Assembly (NCBI GenBank): GCA_037481815.1
Contig: JBBFKX010000001.1
Span: 640,001-704,000 of the forward strand
DNA: 64,000 bases
Origin: a candidate division WOR-3 bacterium
Lineage (GTDB): Bacteria; Hydrothermota; 32-111
Reading direction: 5' to 3'
Shown: piece after piece, positions 30,505-39,632 of the stretch
Position numbering within the stretch: the first letter of the stretch is position 1
Layout of the letters: the number at the start of each line of letters is the position of its first letter
Made by a program: the position numbers and the translations under genes
Notes under the pieces: model-generated
Told to the model about the DNA's origin: nothing
The model's database searches: none
Seen by the model: the letters and a program-made list of their open reading frames with translations, nothing else

Positions 30505-31572
30505 TTAAATTTTTAAAATATCGTTAATATCATCGAGAAGTTCTTTGATATCTGAAGGCATAAGATCGCCCATCGCTGCGATTCTGAATGTGATATCTTT
30601 CAGTTTTCCATAACCGTTTGATATAGTTTTTCCTCTTTTACCAAGTTCTTTGTTAAGGTCTGAAAGGTTGAAGTTTTTATTATTTTTCAAAGTAACAACT
30701 GTCCATGATTCATAACCTTTTTCAGGGAATGTCTCTATGCCTTTCTCTTTTGCCCAATCGAAAATCATATCTGCCATTTTTTTATGTCTTGCGAATCTGT
30801 TTTCCATACCCTCTGCAAGCATCCTGTCAAGTTGGACATTCAGAGCGTTGATGTGTGGAATCGATGGTGTTGATGGTGTCTGTCCTTTTTCATCATATTT
30901 TAACATATCAACTATATCAAAATAGTATCCCCTGTTTTCAACAGTTTTTGCTTTTTCTGCTGCTTTTTGTGAAACTGTCATCACAGCGAGTCCTGGTGGA
31001 AGTGCAAAACATTTCTGGACACCAGCAAGAATAACATCAATTCCCAGTGCATCAACATCTATTTTATAACCTGTGAGTGATGAAACAGCATCAACAGCAA
31101 AAATCACATCAGGATATTTTTTCATAACCTCTGCTATTTCCTCGATCGGGTTCTTTACTCCCGTCGATGTTTCGTTATGGACAAGAGTCACAAGATCGTA
31201 TTCACCAGTTTTCAACTTTTCATCTATCATCTCCGGTTTTATAGCATAGCCCCATTCAACCTTTAAGGGATCTGTCTTTTTGCCATTCATAACCGCGATA
31301 TCGTACCATCTGTCAGAGAAAGCACCACACATGCATGAGAGGATCTTTTTGTTTGAAAGATTTCTTACTACACTCTCCATACAGCCAGTTGCTGAGGATG
31401 TGAAAAGCAAAACTCTGTTTTTCGTATAGAGAACCTGTTGCAATTTTGGAATCACCTGATTGTAAAGTTCAGTGAATTCTTTCATTCTATGACCTATCAT
31501 CTCACAGGCCATAGCTTCTCTTACCTCCTTTACAACTTCGGTTGGACCCGGAATAAACAATTTTTTATGCAT
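30505..31572 (-). CDS. class V aminotransferase (serine/alanine-glyoxylate type, possible phosphoserine aminotransferase)
   Basis: LFIPGPT, VHNETSTGV, VDAVSS, GVQKCFALPPG. Confidence 0.9.
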   Translation of the reverse strand: MHKKLFIPGPTEVVKEVREAMACEMIGHRMKEFTELYNQVIPKLQQVLYTKNRVLLFTSSATGCMESVVRNLSNKKILSCMCGAFSDRWYDIAVMNGKKTDPLKVEWGYAIKPEMIDEKLKTGEYDLVTLVHNETSTGVKNPIEEIAEVMKKYPDVIFAVDAVSSLTGYKIDVDALGIDVILAGVQKCFALPPGLAVMTVSQKAAEKAKTVENRGYYFDIVDMLKYDEKGQTPSTPSIPHINALNVQLDRMLAEGMENRFARHKKMADMIFDWAKEKGIETFPEKGYESWTVVTLKNNKNFNLSDLNKELGKRGKTISNGYGKLKDITFRIAAMGDLMPSDIKELLDDINDILKI

Positions 31573-31600
31573 AGTTCCTCCTTCAAAATTTAATATTTTA

Positions 31601-31661
31601 ATTTTATTTTATAAACCTCTCTTTGTCAATATATTGACTTAAAAGTTCAACCTGTTAAAAT
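31601..31661. promoter_or_regulatory. back-to-back divergent sigma70 promoters
   Basis: Minus: TTGACA-17-TAAAAT (31629-31601). Plus: TTGACT-16-TAAAAT (31634-31661). Confidence 0.7.
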
Positions 31662-31669
31662 AAGCAGAT

Positions 31670-32440
31670 ATGATAGATTTACACAACCATTCTCTTTATT
31701 CATACGATTCAAAAAGATTGATGGAAGATATCGTTGTTGAAGCGTTATCGAAAAATATAAAAATTTTAGGTTTTTCCGACCATCTCGATTTCAACCAAAA
31801 TGATCCCGGGAATATGTTTTACAAAGGTGAAAGCCAGTTTGAAGAGTTTTTGTCTTTGAAAAGTAAATATCAGAAAAAAATAAAACTCTTTCTTGGAATA
31901 GAATCATCATACGAAAAAGATTATGAAGAAAAGATAGTAACAACTTTTAAAAAATTCCCTTTCGATTATATTATAGTTTCTTTACACTTTGTTGAAGGAA
32001 TCGTAATTTCCGACTGGATCGTTCAGATTGAAAAAGATAAAGAAAATATTTTAGATGTTGATTACGAAAAATATTTTTTACAACTTGAAAGTATCGTTGA
32101 TTTTAAAAATTTCAACATTTTAGGACATATTGACTACTATAAAAAATATTCAAAATTTTCAGACCATAAGATCACATTCAGAAGGTATGAAAAATATTAT
32201 GAAAGAATCTTAAAAAAGATCATTAAAAATAACATTATCCTTGAAATAAACACAAGTGGACTCAGACACAAATGCAAAGAGCAGTTCCCATCGACCGAGA
32301 TACTTTCACTTTACAGAGATTTTGGTGGAAAATATGTTTCTACAGGTTCTGACTCACACAAAACTGGAGATGTTGCTTTCGGGTTTGAAAATCTTGAAAA
32401 AATTATCAAAAATTTTAATTTTGAAATTTTTAAACCATAA
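31670..32440 (+). CDS. PHP-domain phosphatase, HisJ family
   Basis: DLHNHS, FSDH, GHID, EINTSGL, GSDSH. Confidence 0.88.
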   Translation: MIDLHNHSLYSYDSKRLMEDIVVEALSKNIKILGFSDHLDFNQNDPGNMFYKGESQFEEFLSLKSKYQKKIKLFLGIESSYEKDYEEKIVTTFKKFPFDYIIVSLHFVEGIVISDWIVQIEKDKENILDVDYEKYFLQLESIVDFKNFNILGHIDYYKKYSKFSDHKITFRRYEKYYERILKKIIKNNIILEINTSGLRHKCKEQFPSTEILSLYRDFGGKYVSTGSDSHKTGDVAFGFENLEKIIKNFNFEIFKP

Positions 32441-32449
32441 GGAGAAAAT

Positions 32450-33700
32450 ATGATTCCAAAAGAAATTTTCAAAAAAAGAAGGGAAAAAGTTTTAAAATCG
32501 ATGGAAAAGAATTCGGTTCTTCTTTTAGATTCGGCGTCTTTTAAAGAAAAAAATCCTGAAAACAACTACATCTACAGGCAGAGTTCAAATTTCTTTTATC
32601 TTACAGGTTACAAAGAACCTTCATCGACACTTTTGCTTTACAAAGGTGAAAAGGAAGAAAAAGAGATTCTCTTTGTCGAGGAGAACAATCCTTACTATGA
32701 GGTCTGGACTGGGAAGAAAAAATCTGATAAAGAGGTAAAAGAGGAAACTGGAATTGAAAATGTTTTTTACAATAAAGATTTTTACTTCCATTTTGGGAAC
32801 TATGTTAACAGAGGGGTAATATGTTATTTTGATTTTGCAAATGAAAGAGTTTCAGAATTTCTGGGATACAATCATTACAAAATTTCAAAACTCAGAGAAC
32901 ATTTCCCCCAGATAAAATCTTTCTTACCAGCAAACAATCTGATATATCCCCTAAGGTCGATAAAAGATAAATATGAGATAGAATGTATAAAAAGGGCTAT
33001 AGAAATAACAAAACAGGGAATAATCAACTGTATGAAAAATGCACACGAAGGAATGTTCGAATATGAGATTCAGGCAGAACTTGAGTATATATTTTTGAAA
33101 AATGGTGTTTTTGTTCCCGCTTTCCCTTCAATAGTTGCTTCTGGAAAAAATGGTGCGACTTTACACTACACATCAAACAACCAGAAAGTAAAAAAAGATG
33201 ATCTCGTTCTTATAGATGTTGGGGCAGAATATGAACTCTATTCTGCTGATATAACAAGGGTTTTCCCACCAAAAAGAAAATTTTCGGAAAAGGAAAAAAG
33301 TTTGTATCAGCCATTACTTGAGATACAGGAAAAGATCATCGATTCGATAAAACCTGGTGTTAGTATGAAAGAGTTGAATGAAAAAACTAACGAACTGATC
33401 GGAAAACTGCTTGTAAAATTAAACTATATCAAAGATATTAAGGATGTAAAAAAATATTATCCGCATTCAATCGGACATATGCTGGGGCTTGATACTCATG
33501 ATGTTTCATCTGTTCCAAGATATATGCCTGAACTTCAAGAAAATATGGTTTTAACGATTGAACCCGGGATCTATATTCCTGAAGAAGGGATTGGACTCAG
33601 GATTGAAGATGATATACTCGTTACAAAAAATGGATACAAAAATCTTTCAATCGAAATTCCCAAAACGATAAAAGATATTGAAAAAGTTGTTGGAGTTTAA
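32450..33700 (+). CDS. pepP: Xaa-Pro aminopeptidase (M24B)
   Basis: YRQSSNFFYLTG, LHY, DVGAE, DITR, HSIGHMLGLDTHD, EPGIY, RIEDD. Confidence 0.93.
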   Translation: MIPKEIFKKRREKVLKSMEKNSVLLLDSASFKEKNPENNYIYRQSSNFFYLTGYKEPSSTLLLYKGEKEEKEILFVEENNPYYEVWTGKKKSDKEVKEETGIENVFYNKDFYFHFGNYVNRGVICYFDFANERVSEFLGYNHYKISKLREHFPQIKSFLPANNLIYPLRSIKDKYEIECIKRAIEITKQGIINCMKNAHEGMFEYEIQAELEYIFLKNGVFVPAFPSIVASGKNGATLHYTSNNQKVKKDDLVLIDVGAEYELYSADITRVFPPKRKFSEKEKSLYQPLLEIQEKIIDSIKPGVSMKELNEKTNELIGKLLVKLNYIKDIKDVKKYYPHSIGHMLGLDTHDVSSVPRYMPELQENMVLTIEPGIYIPEEGIGLRIEDDILVTKNGYKNLSIEIPKTIKDIEKVVGV

Positions 33701-33701
33701 T

Positions 33702-34514
33702 ATGCATAGAATAATTTTTCATTTCGGTAACATCACACTTTACTCGTATGGTTTAATGCAGGCGATCGGATTTCTTGCTTCACTATTTGTAATATTTCAA
33801 CTTTCAAAAAAATCAAAAATCTCAAAAGATATTCTGTTTGATCTATCTGTCTGGGTTATAATAGGTGGAATAATTGGAGCGAGGATCTGGTTTGTTGTTG
33901 AAAATTTTAACATATACAAAGATGATCTTTTGTCAATAATAAAAATCTGGGAAGGAGGAATGGTATTCTACGGTGGTTTCATTGGCGGAGTGATATCAGG
34001 GATAGTTTACATCAGAAGAAACCATCTTGATCTATTAAAGGTTGGTGATATTTTTATGACCTCGTTTCCACTTGGAATATTCTTCGGTAGAATCGGTTGT
34101 TTTCTTAACGGATGCTGTTATGGTAAAATTTCTGAAACTTTTGGTTTAAGATTTCCAAGAGAAAACTTTCCACCACCTTATCAAGAACAACTTGAAAAAG
34201 GTTTAATCAAACCTGATGCGTGTTGTTCTCTTCCTGTTATCCCTACACAACTGATAGAGTCATTTACAATGCTTATAGTTTTTTTTATTCTATATTATCT
34301 TTACAATAGAAAAAAATTTTTTGATGGATTTATTTTTTATTCTTTTTTTATAATTTATGGTATCGAAAGATTTCTTGTTGATTTTTTAAGGGAGTATTCA
34401 AAAAATGCTCTGGTTTTCAAAACCTTTTCCCTTTCCCAGATAACCTCTTTTCTTATAATTCTTTTCTCTTCAATTCTTTTATTTTCAACTTATAAAAAAT
34501 CAAAAAAGGTATAA
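33702..34514 (+). CDS. lgt: prolipoprotein diacylglyceryl transferase
   Basis: SYGLM, GARI, IWEGGMVFYGG, GRIGCFLNGCCYG, PTQL, RFLVDFLR; ATG 33702. Confidence 0.95.
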   Translation: MHRIIFHFGNITLYSYGLMQAIGFLASLFVIFQLSKKSKISKDILFDLSVWVIIGGIIGARIWFVVENFNIYKDDLLSIIKIWEGGMVFYGGFIGGVISGIVYIRRNHLDLLKVGDIFMTSFPLGIFFGRIGCFLNGCCYGKISETFGLRFPRENFPPPYQEQLEKGLIKPDACCSLPVIPTQLIESFTMLIVFFILYYLYNRKKFFDGFIFYSFFIIYGIERFLVDFLREYSKNALVFKTFSLSQITSFLIILFSSILLFSTYKKSKKV

Positions 34515-34543
34515 AAAAAGCCCCCTTAAAAAGGGGGCTTTTT
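34513..34543. terminator. bidirectional intrinsic terminator
   Basis: AAAAAGCCCCCTT/AAGGGGGCTTTTT between convergent lgt and protease genes. Confidence 0.9.
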
Positions 34544-34559
34544 CTATATTTAGATTCTC

Positions 34560-37500
34560 TTATTTCAGATAGGTCATCTTCATAGTTGATTCGAATCCTG
34601 ATGCAGAGAGTTTGTAGAAGTAAACACCTGCTGCGACACTCTTTCCAGAATTATCTTTACCGTCCCATTTTGCTGTATACCAGGAAACATCTTTGACTTC
34701 GTTCACAAGTGTTTTAACAAGTTTACCTGTTATATCGTAAACAGCAAGAGTAACCTTTCCTTTTACTGGAACAGCGTACTCGATAACTGTTACATCTTTG
34801 AATGGATTTGGCTGATTCTGTGAAAGAGTATAAGTTGTAGGTCTTGGTTTACCTGAAGCAACAACCTTAACAACTGGATGCTCTGTTTTCACACCATTCT
34901 TTGATACATCGGAAACTTTGTAGTAGTATACAGTTCCACCATAGACCTTTGTATCTGTGAATGTATATGTTGAAGGAGCATTCTTTGCTTCAAGTGTTCC
35001 AACCTTTTCAAAGTTGATTCCATCGACAGATCTTTCGATTATCCATGAAGCGTTATTGAATTCAGATGTTGTTGACCATTTGAGTGTTATCATATTGTTT
35101 TCAGATATTGCAGAGATTTCAGTCATCTGAACTCTTGTAAGTGTTGTAGCAGCGTCAACGACGACAACTGATCCTTCAAACGCATCACCCCAGTTAGAAG
35201 GTGTCTTTGCTGGAGAAGCATCTCTACCTCTGACCCAGATCTTTACTGTTCCTGCTGGCCATCCAACTGTTGAAGAGACAGTCGCTGTGACCTGTTCATA
35301 CAGTTCATCAAACGCACCATCAACTGCTGTCATTGGATTACCTGTTCCTGCTGGTGCTGGTGTTGGGCCATAAGACCATTCAGCAGCACTGATGTTTGAC
35401 ATACCTGTTGATGAATCACAAACGATTGCTGTTATTGTGAATGAGGTTGGAAGTCCAAGTCCTGCGGCGTTACCAACTGGTGATGGTGTTGTCTGAATTG
35501 AACCAGCATAAACTATCGGTCCAAGATAATCACCACCAACTCTTGAAATTGTGAAGTTACCTGTTGTTGCTTCACCTGTCATTGCAGGATAAACATTTTT
35601 ATCGTTTACTTTTACTTTGATTCTATACTCATTACCATTAAGTAGTGATGAAACATCCCATGTGTATGGTGAAGTTAACGTTGTTCCCTTTGTAATCAAG
35701 ATCCATGAATCACCACCATTTGGTGAATAGTATAGATATGTTGTATCTATTGTTGCACCACCATAAGCGGTTGCTGTCCATGAGATTGAAATTGTATTGG
35801 TTGTATAAGTGTTTCCGGCAACTGGTGAACTTATCGTAACATCTGGATGATCATGACCGATAAGCCATATAAGGTTGTTGTTCAAAATATTGGTTCTTGT
35901 TGTTGATGTGGCATTTGCCGTATCTATCTGTGTTATTTCAAATGCATTGAATATAACTCTTGTCTTATATCCACCCCAGACACCAACACCAAGTGTTCCA
36001 AGGTTGTTCGTTGATTCCCATTTTGTTCCTACAACTGGACCTGTTGCTGCATTCCATCTCCAGACATTGGTTGAAGTTCCAGCAACGAACGCTGCTGAGA
36101 CACCATACATAGAGTCACCATCAGCACCAGATCTATATGGGTTGTATGGAACACCTGCTGTGTAAGCACCTGAAATTGGATCACCAGAAACTCCATAGAG
36201 TGTGAAGTTTCCTGTTGCAACGATATCACCAACATATCTACCCATCAAATAATTTATAATAAATAGTGAATCGTTTCTGTCAGTTCCAACATAACTAAAA
36301 CCTTCACTTGAAGCCATCGCCCAACCGAAATCATGACCTGTATATGCGATTCTACCACCACCTTCTTCATAAAGTTTCAATGATTCTTCCTGTGGTTTTG
36401 TGAGTGGTGGATAGTTCTCCTGACCTGACTGTAAGAATATCGCCTTGAAGTTTCTCATAAGGTTTGTGACAGGGATCTGACCGAAGTTGTTCAAAGATGT
36501 CTGATACCATGCATAATTCCATCCACCCTGTTCTATAGCATAAACCAAGAAGTCAGGATGAGCAAATAGTTCACCTTCAAGGTTATCATCTGTTACAAGA
36601 ACTAAAATGTCTGCACCTGCGATATCAACTGTTGCAAACTGGTAATGTTTACCATTGTTATCATCTCTTACTGTATTTCCTTTATGATCTTTTGATTCAA
36701 CATCAAAATAGTATACAGTGTTTGGTGTAAGACCTGAAACTATTATTGCCTGATCACCTGAATGATCGTAAACAAGGTTTGGATTCTCCGCTGTTTCATA
36801 TCCGAGTGCTGTTGTTGGTCCATAATATACCTTTCCTGTTGTTGGCTCTGTTGTTGTCCAGGCGATGAATCCTCTTGTTCCTTCCGCTTTCTCACATCTT
36901 ACATTGTAAATTGTGAATGTAGCGTTATCTATTAGAGCCCTTGCTGTAATTGTTGCCACTGGGTTTGTATCTTTGTAAACAGCCCAGATAGTATCGGTTT
37001 TGTTGACACCAAGGAAACCATCGTTGAAATTTGATGATATTGGTGCCTGATAAGCCATCTGGATTGAACCTTTGTAGATTCCCGTTATTCCTGTTACTGT
37101 AACATATTCAGTATCACCAAGTTTTGAATAAACTTTTATATTTATAAAATTAGTAGGTATGCTATCATTCATAGTATCATTATCTAAATTCATATCTGTC
37201 ACAGTTATAGTAGCTATAGAATCTATAACTGAATAGACAGCTTTATCAAATTTCACATAACCGTTATTCAAATTATTAACAGAATAGGATACAACTATTG
37301 CGTATGGTTGAGGTGAAACAGGACAGTCGGTTGCAACAACTCTAACTCTCCATGTTCCTGTTGCAGGAGTTAAGCTTCTGTATTGCTCTATTGTATTTAA
37401 ATGATCTGTTCCTGAAACAAGTGTTCCTGTTGGATTGTAAACCTGTAAATCAAGATCGTTTACAAGAGTTGTATCTGTAACTGTGTTATCACCAAAGAAT

Positions 37501-39428
37501 GGTGCTGGATAATCTGTCCATACCAATGTAACTCTCAATTCGTTTGCACCATCTGTAACATTGAACTGGTATTCAACATATTCACCAGTTAAAAGTCCAT
37601 CCTGATTATCATCAAAAACAACCGCTTTTGGAGATGTTGATGGAGCAACACTGAAGAGCAAGCAGTTGTTCAACTGTAACCTTCCAAAACCGTAGTTGTT
37701 GTTTGGTATCGTCTGACCACAATCGTTCGCTGAATTAACAGCGAGTGCTCTTATGAGTGCTGATGAAGGATTTGTGATCGCGTTTGCTGCTATTCTTGAA
37801 CCTGTTGGATAAAATCCTTGTGCAAGATAATCTCTTATTAACGCTATTGCACCTGCTGAGAATGGTGTTGCCATTGAAGTTCCCTGCATGTTAACATAGT
37901 TTGATGTTGCTCCTGATGTTCCACCATCAGCGGACATAACATCTTCACCAGGTGTTAGAAGTGTAACACCATACCTTCCATCAGCGGTTGGACCTCTTGA
38001 TGAGAATGATGAAACAGATGTTGGAGAAACCTCAGAGCATGAACCTGCTGCATAAACATCTTTTGCACATGCCGTTCCAGATATTGTTCCAGCTGCTGAA
38101 CCATCGTTACCTGCTGCAAAATGGACATTGAAATCCTTATGATCCCACATGTAAGCATCTGTCAACTGACAGCCCTCATCATAAGCACCTGCAAGTTCAG
38201 GATATGATGAAACAGAAGGACCATAGGAGTTTGAAGTTATCCTTGCACCATGAACATACATCGTATCAAACATTGAATAACAATCTATTGGAATCCATAA
38301 GAAATCATCAACAGTGTTTCCAGCATCCATGAACAAAATTTTTGCTTCTTTTGCTATACCATCATAGTTTGATGTGGCAAGACGTTCATCAGAACCTGCT
38401 GCTGTTCCTGATGTGTGTGTTCCGTGGTAACTTGCCAATGCTTCATCTCCAAAGTTCAATGTATCAAGAAAATCTGGATGTGTTGGAAGATATGCGATAA
38501 CCTTTCTATGTGTTGGATAGTATCCCCATGTTGTCAATGGAACCGCTGGATCATAGAACTGATAATGTCCCATCGTAATACCTGAATCAGAAACATTTAT
38601 TATCTGTCCATTTCCTCTAACTCCTCTGTTCCAGATTACTGTATCCGAAGTAACCGTTGTTCCATTCATTATAATCGCTCTACCATTATCGTTTCTTGGA
38701 TATTTTTTCGCATACTGCATCATAAGATAAACATCTTTAATCTTTGCAACCTCTGCGATCATATTTTCTGGAATTTCAATCAAGAATGTTGCAAGAGCGG
38801 TTGTTGGTTGTGATTTATCAAGTATCTTGGCACCAAGTTTTTTCAGGTTATCAAGTGTTTCATAATATGAACCATTTCTGAACAATCTGACAACTATCTC
38901 TCTTTTCACATCTGACTTTGAATTCAAAAATTTTGGAGATGCTTTGTAAGCAGGATGCCAGAGTGAAACAAATTTTATGTATGGGAGTTGTGAAATCTTT
39001 TCAACATCACTATCCCTCATTTTCACAATGTAACCATAATTATGAACTGGCCATTCAAACTTCACATCATAGTTTGAAAGTTCACTTTTATATTTTTCAA
39101 GAACAGGACCTGAGAACTTCAAAATGTAATAGTTTGTGCCATCTTTTGTGAGTTTTGCTTTCAATTCTGATGGAATGTTTGGCTCTCCATTTCTCACATC
39201 AAAATCATGGTATGGAAGATGGAGAATGTTGGCATCCTTCATCACTTTTACCATCTCTTTTCCCTTTGTGATGGATTTAAACCCATCAGCAAGAGGATTG
39301 AAATAAGTTCCATTATCCATTGTTGGTGCACTGTTTTCAATAACTGTCGCTTTGTTGTTCACCGATTTTGCACCAACAAAAAGAAGGATAAGGGAAACAA
39401 GAAGCATCACTGTTAAAAATCGCTTCAT
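34560..39428 (-). CDS. large secreted S8 subtilase with FN3/Ig-like modules and FlgD-Ig/T9SS type A-like C-terminal domain
   Basis: Signal peptide; triad VSDSG, YHGTH, GTSMATP; AAGND; C-terminal QNQPNPF...YDITGKLVKTL...WDGKD...GVYFYKL; AAGGAGG before ATG 39428. Confidence 0.93.
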   Translation of the reverse strand: MKRFLTVMLLVSLILLFVGAKSVNNKATVIENSAPTMDNGTYFNPLADGFKSITKGKEMVKVMKDANILHLPYHDFDVRNGEPNIPSELKAKLTKDGTNYYILKFSGPVLEKYKSELSNYDVKFEWPVHNYGYIVKMRDSDVEKISQLPYIKFVSLWHPAYKASPKFLNSKSDVKREIVVRLFRNGSYYETLDNLKKLGAKILDKSQPTTALATFLIEIPENMIAEVAKIKDVYLMMQYAKKYPRNDNGRAIIMNGTTVTSDTVIWNRGVRGNGQIINVSDSGITMGHYQFYDPAVPLTTWGYYPTHRKVIAYLPTHPDFLDTLNFGDEALASYHGTHTSGTAAGSDERLATSNYDGIAKEAKILFMDAGNTVDDFLWIPIDCYSMFDTMYVHGARITSNSYGPSVSSYPELAGAYDEGCQLTDAYMWDHKDFNVHFAAGNDGSAAGTISGTACAKDVYAAGSCSEVSPTSVSSFSSRGPTADGRYGVTLLTPGEDVMSADGGTSGATSNYVNMQGTSMATPFSAGAIALIRDYLAQGFYPTGSRIAANAITNPSSALIRALAVNSANDCGQTIPNNNYGFGRLQLNNCLLFSVAPSTSPKAVVFDDNQDGLLTGEYVEYQFNVTDGANELRVTLVWTDYPAPFFGDNTVTDTTLVNDLDLQVYNPTGTLVSGTDHLNTIEQYRSLTPATGTWRVRVVATDCPVSPQPYAIVVSYSVNNLNNGYVKFDKAVYSVIDSIATITVTDMNLDNDTMNDSIPTNFINIKVYSKLGDTEYVTVTGITGIYKGSIQMAYQAPISSNFNDGFLGVNKTDTIWAVYKDTNPVATITARALIDNATFTIYNVRCEKAEGTRGFIAWTTTEPTTGKVYYGPTTALGYETAENPNLVYDHSGDQAIIVSGLTPNTVYYFDVESKDHKGNTVRDDNNGKHYQFATVDIAGADILVLVTDDNLEGELFAHPDFLVYAIEQGGWNYAWYQTSLNNFGQIPVTNLMRNFKAIFLQSGQENYPPLTKPQEESLKLYEEGGGRIAYTGHDFGWAMASSEGFSYVGTDRNDSLFIINYLMGRYVGDIVATGNFTLYGVSGDPISGAYTAGVPYNPYRSGADGDSMYGVSAAFVAGTSTNVWRWNAATGPVVGTKWESTNNLGTLGVGVWGGYKTRVIFNAFEITQIDTANATSTTRTNILNNNLIWLIGHDHPDVTISSPVAGNTYTTNTISISWTATAYGGATIDTTYLYYSPNGGDSWILITKGTTLTSPYTWDVSSLLNGNEYRIKVKVNDKNVYPAMTGEATTGNFTISRVGGDYLGPIVYAGSIQTTPSPVGNAAGLGLPTSFTITAIVCDSSTGMSNISAAEWSYGPTPAPAGTGNPMTAVDGAFDELYEQVTATVSSTVGWPAGTVKIWVRGRDASPAKTPSNWGDAFEGSVVVVDAATTLTRVQMTEISAISENNMITLKWSTTSEFNNASWIIERSVDGINFEKVGTLEAKNAPSTYTFTDTKVYGGTVYYYKVSDVSKNGVKTEHPVVKVVASGKPRPTTYTLSQNQPNPFKDVTVIEYAVPVKGKVTLAVYDITGKLVKTLVNEVKDVSWYTAKWDGKDNSGKSVAAGVYFYKLSASGFESTMKMTYLK

Positions 39429-39485
39429 CTTACCTCCTTTTATCTTTTCACAAAATTTTTCAAAAACTTTCATAAGTTTACTTTA

Positions 39486-39501
39486 AGCAAAATTTATTCC
39501 A
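39486..39501 (-). promoter_or_regulatory. candidate sigma54 (-24/-12) promoter
   Basis: TGGAATAAATTTTGCT: GG-N10-GC with TTGC. Confidence 0.5.
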
Positions 39502-39591
39502 TTAAAAGGTATAAGTATAATAAATTATTAAATATTGGTTAACTGTTCCAGGTAAAAATACAATAAACATGTGAAATTTTTGCATTTTTAC

Positions 39592-39623
39592 AATTTAGGG
39601 TGCAAATAAATGCACCCTAAATT
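39592..39623. repeat. perfect 13-bp inverted repeat
   Basis: AATTTAGGGTGCA-N6-TGCACCCTAAATT. Confidence 0.85.
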
Positions 39624-39632
39624 CCACTATAA

